Assembly (NCBI GenBank): GCA_030390025.1
Contig: CM059432.1
Location: 20,400,001-20,464,000 of the forward strand
Source: Squalus acanthias
Lineage: Eukaryota
Reading direction: 5' to 3'
DNA length: 64,000 nucleotides
This document shows positions 1 to 10,324 of this stretch, piece after piece. Positions within the stretch are counted from its first letter, which is position 1, and the number at the start of each line of letters is the position of its first letter. The notes under the pieces were generated by a model that saw only the letters and a list, made by a program, of their open reading frames with translations, did no database searches and had not been told where the DNA came from. A program made the position numbers and the translations under genes.

Positions 1-740
1 TTTCTAAAACATAAAACAAAAGTCTTGTTTTGTCTTATTTAAAAAAACAACAGAACTCCATTTCCCCCTCTCTCCCCACGTCTCAAGTGATTTGGGGCGG
101 TTACTTTGATGAATTTTCAGCATCAGCAAAGCGAACGCAAGGACTCGAGCGATGATCCTATTGTGCCATCGGTCAAGTGTTGTCGAAATCTGGTAGCTCA
201 ACCGCAATTGGTGCACAATTCACAGAGAAAACTGGATAGTTTACCATCCAAAAACAAAATAGAAAGGAGAATAAAATCCACCTTGTAATGCATTTTTACA
301 AACGCAGAGTGTCTCTTTTGCCCTTGTTATATACTGCGAAACTATGTGACTAATATTGGAAAAAAATAACATGTCATTTTCGGTTTTCTGATGCCTGACC
401 CCTCTCAACTGGACCCAGGGCTGGCAGGAGAGCAAGGCTGTTTATGATAAGAGTGCTCTTCTGATACAAGAAGCTGTTGTCACATTTGTGAAATGGGCAA
501 CCCTCACCATTTCACAATCAAGATAAGCCAGACTTGAAAGATATGATTAGTGTGGATGAGGAGCCTTGAGAGAAAAAATACATAATTTCAGATGACTGCG
601 AGCAGCTCAAGGCATTATATGGAAAACTCATTAAAACATGCTACATTTTTTTTTGATGCAAAGGACCTACTTCATACAAATTAAAGATTAACAGGCCACT
701 GTTCTATATGATTTCTGATCTTTCTATATTTACTCTTCAG

Positions 741-2352
741 TTCAATGCTACTTTGTTCCATGAGACTGCTTTCGACAATGCAACTAGTTCTGACGTCTCT
801 CCCAAGACATCAAACCCCCATCCCACAGAAGTGTGTTCCTGCTCTTTTCATAAAGGTCTATCTTGAAGGCCCTCTTAACTGGAGTCACTTGTTTCCTTAT
901 ATAATACCTCTGATACAGTAACCAACTCTGAGGGCTTAGCTACTTACGGTCAGGTGCATGGTACTGCCCCCAGCAATTTCAGGAGATTACCATGAATTAC
1001 AGCAAGTTGAAGCTAAAAGTTGCCATTGTTCAACACAGCTTTTAATCTGAACATGAATGTACGGAACATTACGTGCACCCTCTTTGAACTAGACATTATA
1101 CCATGGGTTTTGTGGCCTCGAGAACTGCGGCACTCCAGTTAATCAAATCGCGTTGACATCAAATCTGGGAACTTCAAAATGAACAATGATGGTTTTTTTC
1201 CTGCCATTTTTGCCAGAGTCAAAACTCACATCTCTGTATGGAATGAAAAAAAATAGACCTACTTTGTAAGCTTCTGGCTTGACACTTCGCATGGTGATGC
1301 CACATACTGTAGAAGAGAGTGTGGAAACAAAATCTAGCAAACAGAGTGCACTGGGGAAAGGGCAGCACCACGTTAAGTATCAGAGCCCTCAAAATCAGAT
1401 ACTGTATCAGAGGCGATTTACAAGGAAACATGTGACTCCAATTAAGAGGAACTTCAAGATAGACCTTTTGGAAAGAGCAGAAACACACTTCTGAGGGATG
1501 GAGGTCTGATGTATTGGGAGAGATATTGGGCCAAAAATTCGGCCCTTGCCGGGTGAGTACGCACTGTGTACTCACCCGTAAGGCGTCCTGAAGTGCCGGT
1601 TTCCTGCATGCACTGCGCATGCGTGGGAAACCGGAACTTCCGGTCTGGTGAAGGGGGCGATTCCTAGGTGAACCGCGTGCGCGGTAGAGGCTGCGCGCAC
1701 GCAGCAAACTTAGATTTTTTTTCAGGTTTCTACGGGAGGGTAAGTATTGAAGAACCTGCGCTTTTAAAAAGGAGGCGCAGGACCCGTTTTCAACAAGGTA
1801 AGTGGTTAATTATAATTTTAAAAATTTTCAACAGGTTTATCTTTTTTTTTAGATACTTTAAAGAAAGGTAAGTTTATTTTTAGCACTCTTAAAAAGTATT
1901 TTAATTTTTTTTTAATTAAATTTTTGTTTAAAGTAGTTAATTTAGTTAACTTATAGTTATGTTATAAAAGTGATTTTTAAAAAAAATTATTTTAAGTTTA
2001 GCTGTTCTTTTGGGGCCGATTTCAATTCATAGATTTGACAGGTCTTCCTGTCAAATCTATGAATGAAAGATGGTCTGCTGCCATTGGCTCTCCATGGCCC
2101 ACGTGATCCCAGGGGACACATCGCACTAACTACGCCCCTGGGACACGCAAGCACTGCGCGCCGGCACTTGGAGCAGGCCCAGGAGCTGAAGTTCCCGTGG
2201 GCCCAGGGGTCAACGGCAGGCGCGGTAGGTAAGTGCGCGCGCGATCCTTACCCCCGCGGCAAGCCGGAGAGGCGAATTTCAGGGCCAATAGAACTAGTTG
2301 CATTGTACAAAAAGGAGTCTCGTGGAACAAAGTAGCAAGGAAGGACATTGAA
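741..2352. repeat. Old long inverted repeat (fold-back): left arm ~741-950, right arm ~1370-1527 continuing at 2287-2352 after a MITE insertion
   Basis: The reverse complement of 1370-1527 aligns with 790-950 (e.g. cagaagtgtgtt.ctgctcttt..a.aaaggtctatcttgaag..cctcttaa.tggagtcac.tgtttcctt). The reverse complement of 2290-2352 aligns with 741-791 (ttcaatg...ctactttgttcca.gagact...acaatgcaactagttct). Identity is about 80% by eye. Confidence 0.85.
1528..2286. mobile_element. Non-autonomous PIF/Harbinger-like MITE
   Basis: Termini gggccaaaaattcg / cgaatttcagggcc are imperfect TIRs, with 3-bp flanks att/aat. It has GC-rich subterminal regions, an AT-rich core and several internal hairpins, and it splits the right arm of the older inverted repeat. 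Confidence 0.7.
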
Positions 2353-2628
2353 ACGTTGGCCAAAAATTTAATTGAGGAGGCGGGACAGCTGATTTCCGGG
2401 TTCCAGTCCCGCCCCCAGCTGCCTCCGCTCTGCAGATGTGATTTTCCCGATTGGCCTTTACCGGCCAATTAACAGGAAGCAGGTCTGATGACGTCATTTG
2501 ATGACGCATCATCAGCCGGTTTCCTTAAAGGGACCACATCCACATGGCGTTTAACAGGTGTTCGGTCAGTGTTTGACAGCACTGAAGTGCTGCAAACACC
2601 GACAATCACTGCACAAAGGTGGACGCTT

Positions 2629-2721
2629 GCACCCTGGCTCTCAAATGGCTCCCTCCAAATGCTTATGGAGGGAATCACAGCACGCAGGGAGGTTCTCTTC
2701 CCTTCCATGAGCGGAAGAGAC
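2629..2721 (+). pseudogene. N-terminal remnant of a Harbinger Myb/SANT-like DNA-binding protein
   Basis: APWLSNGSLQMLMEGITARREVLFP resembles the 'APRFSxxxLExLLExVxARRxVLFP' start of Harbinger-associated Myb-like proteins. Confidence 0.6.
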
Positions 2722-3998
2722 CTCTCCAGGACACCAACTTACCTTGCACCTCCACCCAACCCTCTCTATCTACTTTATCACTTCCCCATCTCACTAGCCA
2801 CCCCTCACACTCATCCTACTGCAGGCATACCAACTAACACACAAGGATAGGCACTTTAAAAAAAAATGTTTTTATGGGATGTGGGCATCGCTGGCAAAGC
2901 CAGCATTATTGCCCATCCCTAATTGCCCTCAAGAAGGTGGTGGTGAGCCGCCTTCTTGAACCGCTACAGTCCGTGTGGTGAAGGTACTCCCATAGTGCTG
3001 TTAGGTAGGGAGTTCCAGGATTTTAACCCAGCCACAATGAAGGATCGGCGATATACTTCTAAGTCAGGATGATGTGTAACTTGGAGGGGAACTTGGAGGT
3101 GGTGGTGTACCCATGCGTCTGCTGCCCTTGTCCTTCTAGGTGGAAGAGGTCGCGGGTTTGGGAGGTGCTGCAGTGCATCTTGTAGATGGTACACACTGCA
3201 GCCACGGTACGCCGGCGGTGAAGGGAGTGGATGTTTAAGGTGGTAGAGGGGGTGCCAATCAAGCAGCTGCTTTGTCCTGGATGGTGTCGAGCTTCTTGAG
3301 TGTTGTTGGAGCTGCACTCATCCAGGCAAGTGGAGGGTATTCCATCACACTCCTTACTTGTGCCTTGTAGATGGTGGAAAGGCTTTGGGAAGTCAGGAGG
3401 TGAGACACTCGCCGCAGAATACCTAGCCTCTGACCTGCTTTTGTTGCCACAGTATTTATGCGGCTGGTCCAGTTAAGCTTCTGGTCAATGGTGACCCCCT
3501 AGGATGTTGATGGTGGGGGATTCGGTGATGGTAATGCCATTGAATGTCAAGGGGCCGTGTTTAGACTCTCGCTTGTTGGAGAGAGTCATTGCCTGGCACT
3601 TCTGTGGCGCGAATGTTACCTGCCACTTATCAGCCCAAGCCTGAACGTCGTCCAGGTCATGTTGCATGCGGGCATGGACTGCTTCATTATCTGATGAGAA
3701 GTCGCACAACACCAGGTTATAGTCCAACAGATTTATTTAATTTTACAAGCTTTCGGAGCTGTCGCTCCTTCCTCAGTGAGAGAATCTCCCAGAATTCACA
3801 ATTTAAACACAGACAAAATCTATTCAAATATTTCCCTACATCAAAGACACACTAAGAGCACAGCCAAGACAATGAGATGTGTCCCAGGGGGTCCAACGTG
3901 TCAAACCACCTGCTGGCTGCATATCCTGTCAATTTGTGTTGGTTCTTGTGCTAGTCTTTTAAAAAAAAACACCTGGGAAGACCGGCCATGATGTCAAG

Positions 3999-4717
3999 TC
4001 ACGTTCTGTATCGTGACATGAACCCGATATCGCGATTGAGGCCATCCTCATGAGTGCGGAACTTGGCTATCAGTTTCTGCTCTATGATTTTGCGCTGTCG
4101 TGTATCCCGAAGGCCGCCCTGGAGAACGCTTACCCGCAGATCCGAGGCTGAATGCCCCTGGCTGCTGAAGTGTTCCCCGACTGGGAGGGAACCCTCCTGC
4201 CTGGCGATTGTTGCGCGGTGTCCGTTCATACGTTGTCTCAGTGTCTGCATGGTCTCGCCGATGTACCATGCTCTGGAGCATCCTTTACTGCAACGTATCA
4301 GGTAGACAACGTTGGCCGAGTCACATGAGTATGTACCGTGTACCTGGTGGGTAGTGTCCTCACGTGTGATGATGGTATCTGTGTCCATGATTTGGCATGT
4401 CTTGCAGAGGTTGCCGTGGCAGGGTTGTGTGGTGTCTTGGTTGCTGTTCTCCTGAAAGATGGGTAATCTGCTGCGAACGATGGTACTTTTGAGGTTAGGC
4501 GGCTGCTTGAAGGCGAGTAGTGGAGGCGTGGGGATGGCCTTAGCAAGGTGTTCGTCGTCATCGATGACATGTTGAAGGCTGCGAAGAACATGGCGTAGTT
4601 TTTCCGCTCCGGGGAAGTACTGGACGACGTAGGGTACTCTGATGGTTGTGTCCCGTGTTCGTCTTCTGAGGAGGTCTATGCGGTTTTTCGCTGTGGCTCG
4701 TCGGAACTGTCGATCGA
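3999..4717 (-). CDS. PLE ORF C-terminal part: RT thumb/linker, Cys-rich motif and GIY-YIG endonuclease (open but 5'-truncated)
   Basis: Uninterrupted frame VDRQFRRA...RVPYVVQYFPG...PPLLAFKQPPNL...QPCHGNLCKTCQIM...NVVYLIRC...WYIGET...LRQRMNGHR...EHF...EQKLIAKF...GLN. I extended it by hand upstream of ORF 3999..4388. Confidence 0.88.
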
Positions 4718-4724
4718 CAGTTAG

Positions 4725-4764
4725 TTTACCTGAGGAAGGAGCGACAGCTCCGAAAGCTTGTAAA
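4725..4764 (+). ncRNA. Minimal hammerhead ribozyme (PLE family A)
   Basis: TTTAC-CTGAGGA-A-GGAGC gaca GCTCC-GAAA-GC-TT-GTAAA: core CUGAnGA/GAAA, 5-bp stem II, 5-bp stem I, palindromic AAGCTT stem III, CUU cleavage triplet. A second copy lies on the minus strand at ~3741-3780. Confidence 0.75.
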
Positions 4765-7314
4765 ATTAAATAAATCTGTTGGACTATAACCTGGTGTTGT
4801 GCGACTTCTCATTTTTGTCCACCCCAGTCCAACGCCGGCATCTCCACATCATTATCTGATGGCACTGAACACTGTGCAGTCATCAGCGACCATCCCCATT
4901 TCTGACTTTATGTTGGAGGGAAGATCATTAATGAAGCAGCTGAAGATGATTGGGCCTAAGACACTGCCCTGAGGAACTCCTGCAGCGATGTCCTGGGGCT
5001 GTGATGATTGACGTTCAATCACCACAACCATCTTCCTTTGTGCTAGATATGACTTCAGCAGCAGTGGAGAGTTTTCCCCCCGATTCCCATTGAGAAGTTT
5101 AGCCAATGTCCATGTGAAGTTTCTGGTAATGTGTTGTCATACAATGAAATCTCTTTTTCAAAAAGTGCCCCTTATTGGACAGATCTGAGCGCACCTTGAG
5201 AAGTGTCTTACTGAGTTTCAGTGATTGTTCAGTCATAACTTCCCCCCCCAGCCCCCACACTATAGTGATGAGTGTGCATGGAATGGCTTGGACATTAAAG
5301 GGATGCTTCCCAGTGCTGGTGTGGGATGGTATCAACCTGGTGCATCATGTGGCAGCCAGGGTTTACAGCATTAAGTGAAGAAAATCTGGCCATGGTGATG
5401 CCATCGCTGGCCTCCTGGCCAGTAAATTTGTCAAGGGCTGATGCCCTGTGTCCAGTGCAGCATCTGGTGATGGCGGAGAAGGTTGGTGATGGGGTTGATC
5501 ATGGTGGCGGAGAAGGTTGGTGATGAGGCTGATCGTGGAAGGATTCGGAGGACCACGGTCTGAGTGTTTCATTGGCTCCGATGTTGCTGGAATAGATGGC
5601 AGCTGCAGGTGAGATGACAGAAGCAATCTGTCACTGGTGAGAGAGGTTCTCCCAATGAGGTGGCTCTGGACATACAGTTGGATTTAAAAACTTGTCAGCT
5701 AAAGAAATCTCTATACGTATTAAAAATGCAGTAACCAACTTTTTCTGTACTCTGAAACTCACCATCTGCAACATGGCATCCTTGACACCACTTCTGCAGC
5801 TGTCAGCTTTTCACAACCATCAGAGCAGACTCACAACACACCAGGTTGAGCTGGCATGTTCCCCGAACAGCGGGTAACCAGTGGGGGAGAAGGTAAAATT
5901 ACAAGTAAGCCTCAGAATACTCTTAAATTGGCTCTTAACAAGCCATTTAAGTAGTTGAATTCTATCCCCCGTCGCTTGGTGTTGAGTCAGTTCTCCGCTG
6001 ACAGACCCGACACCTGGGAGACTCGCGTGGAGGCGGGCTGACAGCGGGTTTCCTACCCGCTGTCAATCTTTGCGATTTTGACAGCAGAACCGCCTCCTCA
6101 GCGCAATTAAATTTGCGGCCAAAGAGTAGACAATTTTCCAACTTGAGAAACCAAAGTAAAAGGTATATTTTTCCATTCGCTTTGGCCAGTGCTACACCAC
6201 TCCACCGTTTAGTCACCGACTCTACATTCAATTTTATTCGGCACTTTTCTTCATCCCATACAGCCTTTGGAAGGGCTGAAATATGTATTGCTCCCATGAG
6301 GCCACTTGACCTTCAACTGGTCACGTCCATTTAATTGTTGGCGTCAGCCCTTTTAAGAGCGAATGGCGTGCATTACTTACCGACGCCACCCTTTAGCAAG
6401 TTCCTGAATGAATATTTAATTAGGCCAACCTCAGAAAATCACAGTCAGCCATGTGCAAATTCAGGGAGAGCAAACCTCAGTGCACTCCAGACCCATCACT
6501 TCTACACTAGCACCTGAAAGTAAACTTAAGTTAGATGGGGACGAAAATCAGGAAGCTGTGATTAGATGATGCTGTACTTGAGCTGCAAAAGTCTGAAAAC
6601 TGTAGAACAAAAGGAATAATGTCAGAAATGAAAAGTTCCACCATTTTGAGGTGCTGAGAAACAGCAAAGAAAAGGGTAAAGACACTGTGCAATGAGGATT
6701 GATAAAGGATTTCAAGAGAACATTAGATACATTTCTGGAGAGAGAAGGAACCAAAGGATATGGTGAGAAACGTGAGCAAAGTTCTCTCAAAATCTATTAA
6801 AGTGGGTGGGCTTGTTGGATCAAATGACCTTCCTCGGTTTCAAAAACGCTGTTGTATCCTAACATCAGAGAAATGCAGCAGCACTAGCGACAGAATGCTA
6901 CAATGAAGCTGAGCGAGAAAAAAACCGCGCAATAAATATCACAATATAATCACGATGAAAAAAGTTTCCAGTATCAATGAGTGAGACATTTCAAGAAAAT
7001 GTATGAAAGACATTGAATTCTTCCATAGTTTGTTTCTGCATCTGTTCAAAATTAGGTAATAAAGGAAATATCTGATCATCAGAGATGGGAGAGCTCTGAT
7101 AGTCATGTGGGAGTAATGCAGAAAGCACAATTTATTCTGCTTCCACTATTTCTGGTATACTAATCTAATTTCCATGAAATAAAAAGTCAGCTGCTGAATC
7201 TTGGACTCGTTACACAGGGATTTTATCATCAGTGCCCACTCTGACATCAGCTGATCCAGAATTTTAAAATATCCAATGATTAAGCAGCCTAATTTGATTT
7301 TCCTTCTTCCCTTT

Positions 7315-7540
7315 ACACTCCTCTCTCCTACTTGACTTAAGGCAATGACTCATGCTGGGATACTGCTCCATGGGTATTGGCAGATCTCCCAATACTCTGC
7401 CCAAATGGTGAGTCCAAATCAGTGAGAGAGCAGGATATTCAATCCAATTCTGTTCTCATCTGACATCCAATCATACTTTACAACAGGAGCGACTGGATAG
7501 TAGGCAGGAGCAGGAATGCGGAGTGATCTTTACCTTTCCT
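7315..7540 (-). mobile_element. Ancient degraded SINE-like repeat (similar copies at ~12388-12610 +, ~15810-16040 -, ~26730-26870 +, ~36280-36460 +, ~39240-39500 +)
   Basis: Motifs recur among copies: gagttagctga, ctcctgatcgctatcca, gctggaaagtgcgtgtg, ggctcacacgtgaa.aatggcca. Confidence 0.55.
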
Positions 7541-7552
7541 AGCATCATGATT

Positions 7553-7996
7553 GGTTGAGCAGGTTGGGCCTATACTCATTGGAGTTTAGAAGAATGAGAG
7601 GTGATCTTATTGAAACATGTAAGATTCTGAGAGGGCTTGACAGGGTAGATGCAGGGAGGATGTTTCCCCTCGTGGGGGAATCTAGAACTAGGGGGCATAG
7701 TTTCAGAATAAGGGTTGCCCATTTAAAACAGATGAGGAGGAATTTCTTCTCTCATAGGGTCGTAAATCTTTGGAATTCTCTACTCCAGAGAGCTGTGGAG
7801 GTGGAGTCATTGAATATATTCAAGGCGGAGATAGACATATATTTGAGCTACAGGGGAGTCAAGGGTTATGGGGAGCGAATGGGAAAGTGGAGTTGAGGCC
7901 AAGATCAGATCAGCCATGATCTTATTGAATGGCGGAGCAGGCTCGAGGGGCCAAATGGTCTACTCCTGCTCCTATTTCTTATATTATGTTCTTATG
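7553..7996 (+). mobile_element. CR1 LINE 3' end
   Basis: LGLYSLEFRRMRGDLIETCKIL...RTRGH...RRNFFS.RVVNLWNSL; 3' tail ctcctatttcttat...gttcttatg; TSD atgatt at 7547-7552 and 7994-7999. Confidence 0.92.
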
Positions 7997-8779
7997 ATTC
8001 ACAACACCCTCTACCCACCAAAGTCTTTCCATGGTAGCATAGTCAGAAATCCCAAAACATGATTGTGGCTAATTTTCCAAACTCAGCTATGCTTTTGTGG
8101 AATGGGGCAAGTGGGACCTCAGGTCTGGTCAGCTTAGCCAGGAATAGATAGAGGCTAAGATTTAGGTCTCCAGTCCATCCTGTTGCACACAGGTGTATGA
8201 TTCAGGACTTCAAAGGGTGGGGAAAAAGGGGGATATAATAGTTAAAGAGAAATAGCTGGGATAGTAGTTGGAGCAACACATACTACTGCATTAAATCTAT
8301 CTCTTAAGGGTTAAATTCACAAAACAGCAGGACTCCCAAAAATGATTTATTATAGACAGGGTGCCTGAAACAGTGTGCTGGAGACAAAAGAAAATTTGAC
8401 ATTCTCATGATTATTTACACTCGTGGATGCTGCAACAACTCCATTCATTTGAATTCAGAAGGGGTAATTGCCAAGTTAGACTGATAGATTCCCCTCTCCC
8501 AGGGCAGAATCTGAGACACAGTTTGACTAAAAGCTGACAAGAGAGTCAGGCTTTTAAAACACAGTTGTGAAAGAGAGAGATAGACGGGCAACAAAGGGCC
8601 AAGAGAAGGATAGAGTACAGGAGAGAGGAGTTAGAAAATTATTTTTAAGCCAAGCAAGACAACCCACCTAAGTGGGGTAATGTAGCATATTCATTATTTT
8701 TACATTATCATTATTACATAAACGTAATGTGTGCTGCAATGTGTGTACAAGTTACGCAAGGGAAGAACTTGGTTAGATA

Positions 8780-9195
8780 TCCGGGGATTCTTCTCTCTTT
8801 TCCCCCCCCCCACTCCCAGAGGATAGTAGACCTATGGAACAAGTTTCCTGCTCATGCAGAGATTGCTGATTCACTGAATAACTTCGAGAGAGAGCTGGAC
8901 TAGTTCCTCGCTGAGATCACAGCATGCAAAAGGTTGGTGCAATAGTAAGTAATATAAATCGTGGTCAATGTGGTCTCCTGGAGGTTGAAGAGCAATTTTC
9001 CAGATTTTCCCCCCTGAGATTGGCCTTGGCTTTGCTTCATTCGTTTTTTTGTGCCTCTCCCAAGAGATGACATGGCTGTTGGTGGGTAGAGGGTGTTGTG
9101 AATCATGATGCTGAAAGCATCATGACTATGTGGAGCAGGCTCGGTGGACCAGCCAGTTTTTTCCTGGCCATCATTCTCGCATCATCATATGTTCG
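8780..9195 (+). mobile_element. Older CR1-type 3' end fragment
   Basis: Degenerate 'RIVDLWNKFP...DSLNNFERELD' motif followed by a 3' UTR ending in a CR1-like terminal stem and tail. Confidence 0.55.
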
Positions 9196-10324
9196 CAGCT
9201 GGGAGGCCTTCATGGACTATTCTGACTCAATATGAGTGGATGGTGTATTTAACACAGCTATCGAGCCAAAACTAGATCATAATTATCAGGCAGATCTTAG
9301 CTTTTAGAATCAATTGAAATATTATTGCTGCATTACTGTACAATGGCGACAGAGACCAGCTGGCATTTGGTCTGATATTGTGGAAGCTGGTAATGAGGTC
9401 TGCGCTAAGGGAGGACAGATGCTCACCAGCCAGTACACAGCACAATTCTCAATAATCAGTGTCCAAGGGCTGAATTACCTAACTGAAAGTAACAGGGGTT
9501 ATGGCCCAACGACTGTTATCCTGAACGCTGTCCTCTAATTACTGCCGGCTGGGTTTCTCGCATTAGATTTTCACTTAAAGCTTCCATCAATCAGCGATTA
9601 CGGAAAAAGGGATGCTCATTACATAGGCCCAGTGCTGGATTGCATTGTGCAATCAACAGTTTGAAGTTTTCTGTTGAGAAAGTGAGGTGGATCAACAAGA
9701 CCCATGGTGCAGTGCAGCACCAAAATTGGGGGGGGAAAAAAGAGGCGACAATGGCAAGGAAAATAGGAAGCAGCAATTAGGTGACATCAAGCCAAAGATT
9801 GTCAGAGGAAGAATCTATTACAAGTTATGAGATTTGTGCCGATTTATTTTCAGTGTATTGAAAGAATAATGACTGGGCCCTTCTTTCATTTCACATGCAG
9901 GTTGCTGCTTTTGTTCTTCTGAATTAGATCAGTTAGGTTAAAGTCGTAATGACAGATCCTGCATTTTGCAGGTATTGACGGGGAGCGAGTCTGTAAATTG
10001 GCCCCATCCATTCATTTCAGAATCAAGAATTGTTGATATAATTTCATGACTGTATAACAGCAGGCTCAGATGTGCTTTCACTGTGGCGGTGGCTAACTGA
10101 TTATGTGCGAAAGTGGCAGTCCTAAAGCTACAAGGTAATTACGTTGCAGTTTTATTTGGCAATACGTCATTAAAATTTGTCTGCTTTTCTTTTTCAAAGA
10201 AATAAGTAGATTAAAGCAGCATCCTCAGTTCTTGCCGGATTCTCAAAGATATTCAGACAAAAGAGCTCAAAGTACGGGGTTCACGTGAATCTCCTTAACT
10301 GAAGGACATGGCTCAAGACTATTT

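Larger units (their letters stand above)
3694..4851 (-). mobile_element. Penelope-like retroelement (Neptune-type, family A), 5'-truncated, with inverted pseudo-LTR
   Basis: GIY-YIG ORF; perfect 83-bp inverted repeat at 3694-3776 / 4730-4812; flanking 13-bp direct repeat tcattatctgatg at 3684-3696 and 4849-4861. Confidence 0.92.
2858..5092 (-). mobile_element. CR1/L2-group LINE (Zenon-like), 5'-truncated, split by a PLE at 3694-4851
   Basis: RT motifs GVPQGSVLGPIIFSCFINDL, ADDC, WADKWQVTFAPQKCQ and KAGQRLGILRR...TIYKAQVRSVMEY. The minus-strand 3' end is ...gggcaattagggatgggcaataatgctggctttgccagcgatgcccacatccc. Confidence 0.85.
2358..6120. mobile_element. PIF/Harbinger DNA transposon deletion derivative with nested LINE and PLE
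   Basis: The left end ggccaaaaatttaattgaggaggcgg matches the reverse-complemented right end ggccgcaaatttaattgcgctgaggaggcgg. It carries a Myb/SANT-like ORF remnant at 2629-2721. Confidence 0.7.

Noticed and set aside
960..1370. Possible tyrosine-recombinase (Crypton/DIRS) or Tc1 remnant in the inverted-repeat spacer
   Set aside because: Only vague resemblance; catalytic motifs could not be aligned.
5466..5538. 33-bp tandem repeat (also the 22-bp and 37-bp duplications at 30626 and 32576) as CRISPR-like arrays
   Set aside because: Only two adjacent units, no spacers, and a eukaryotic context.
10200..10271. Plus-strand 72-nt AG/GT-bounded open segment (EISRLKQHPQFLPDSQRYSDKRAQ)
   Set aside because: Weak donor and unrecognised peptide; consistent with chance.
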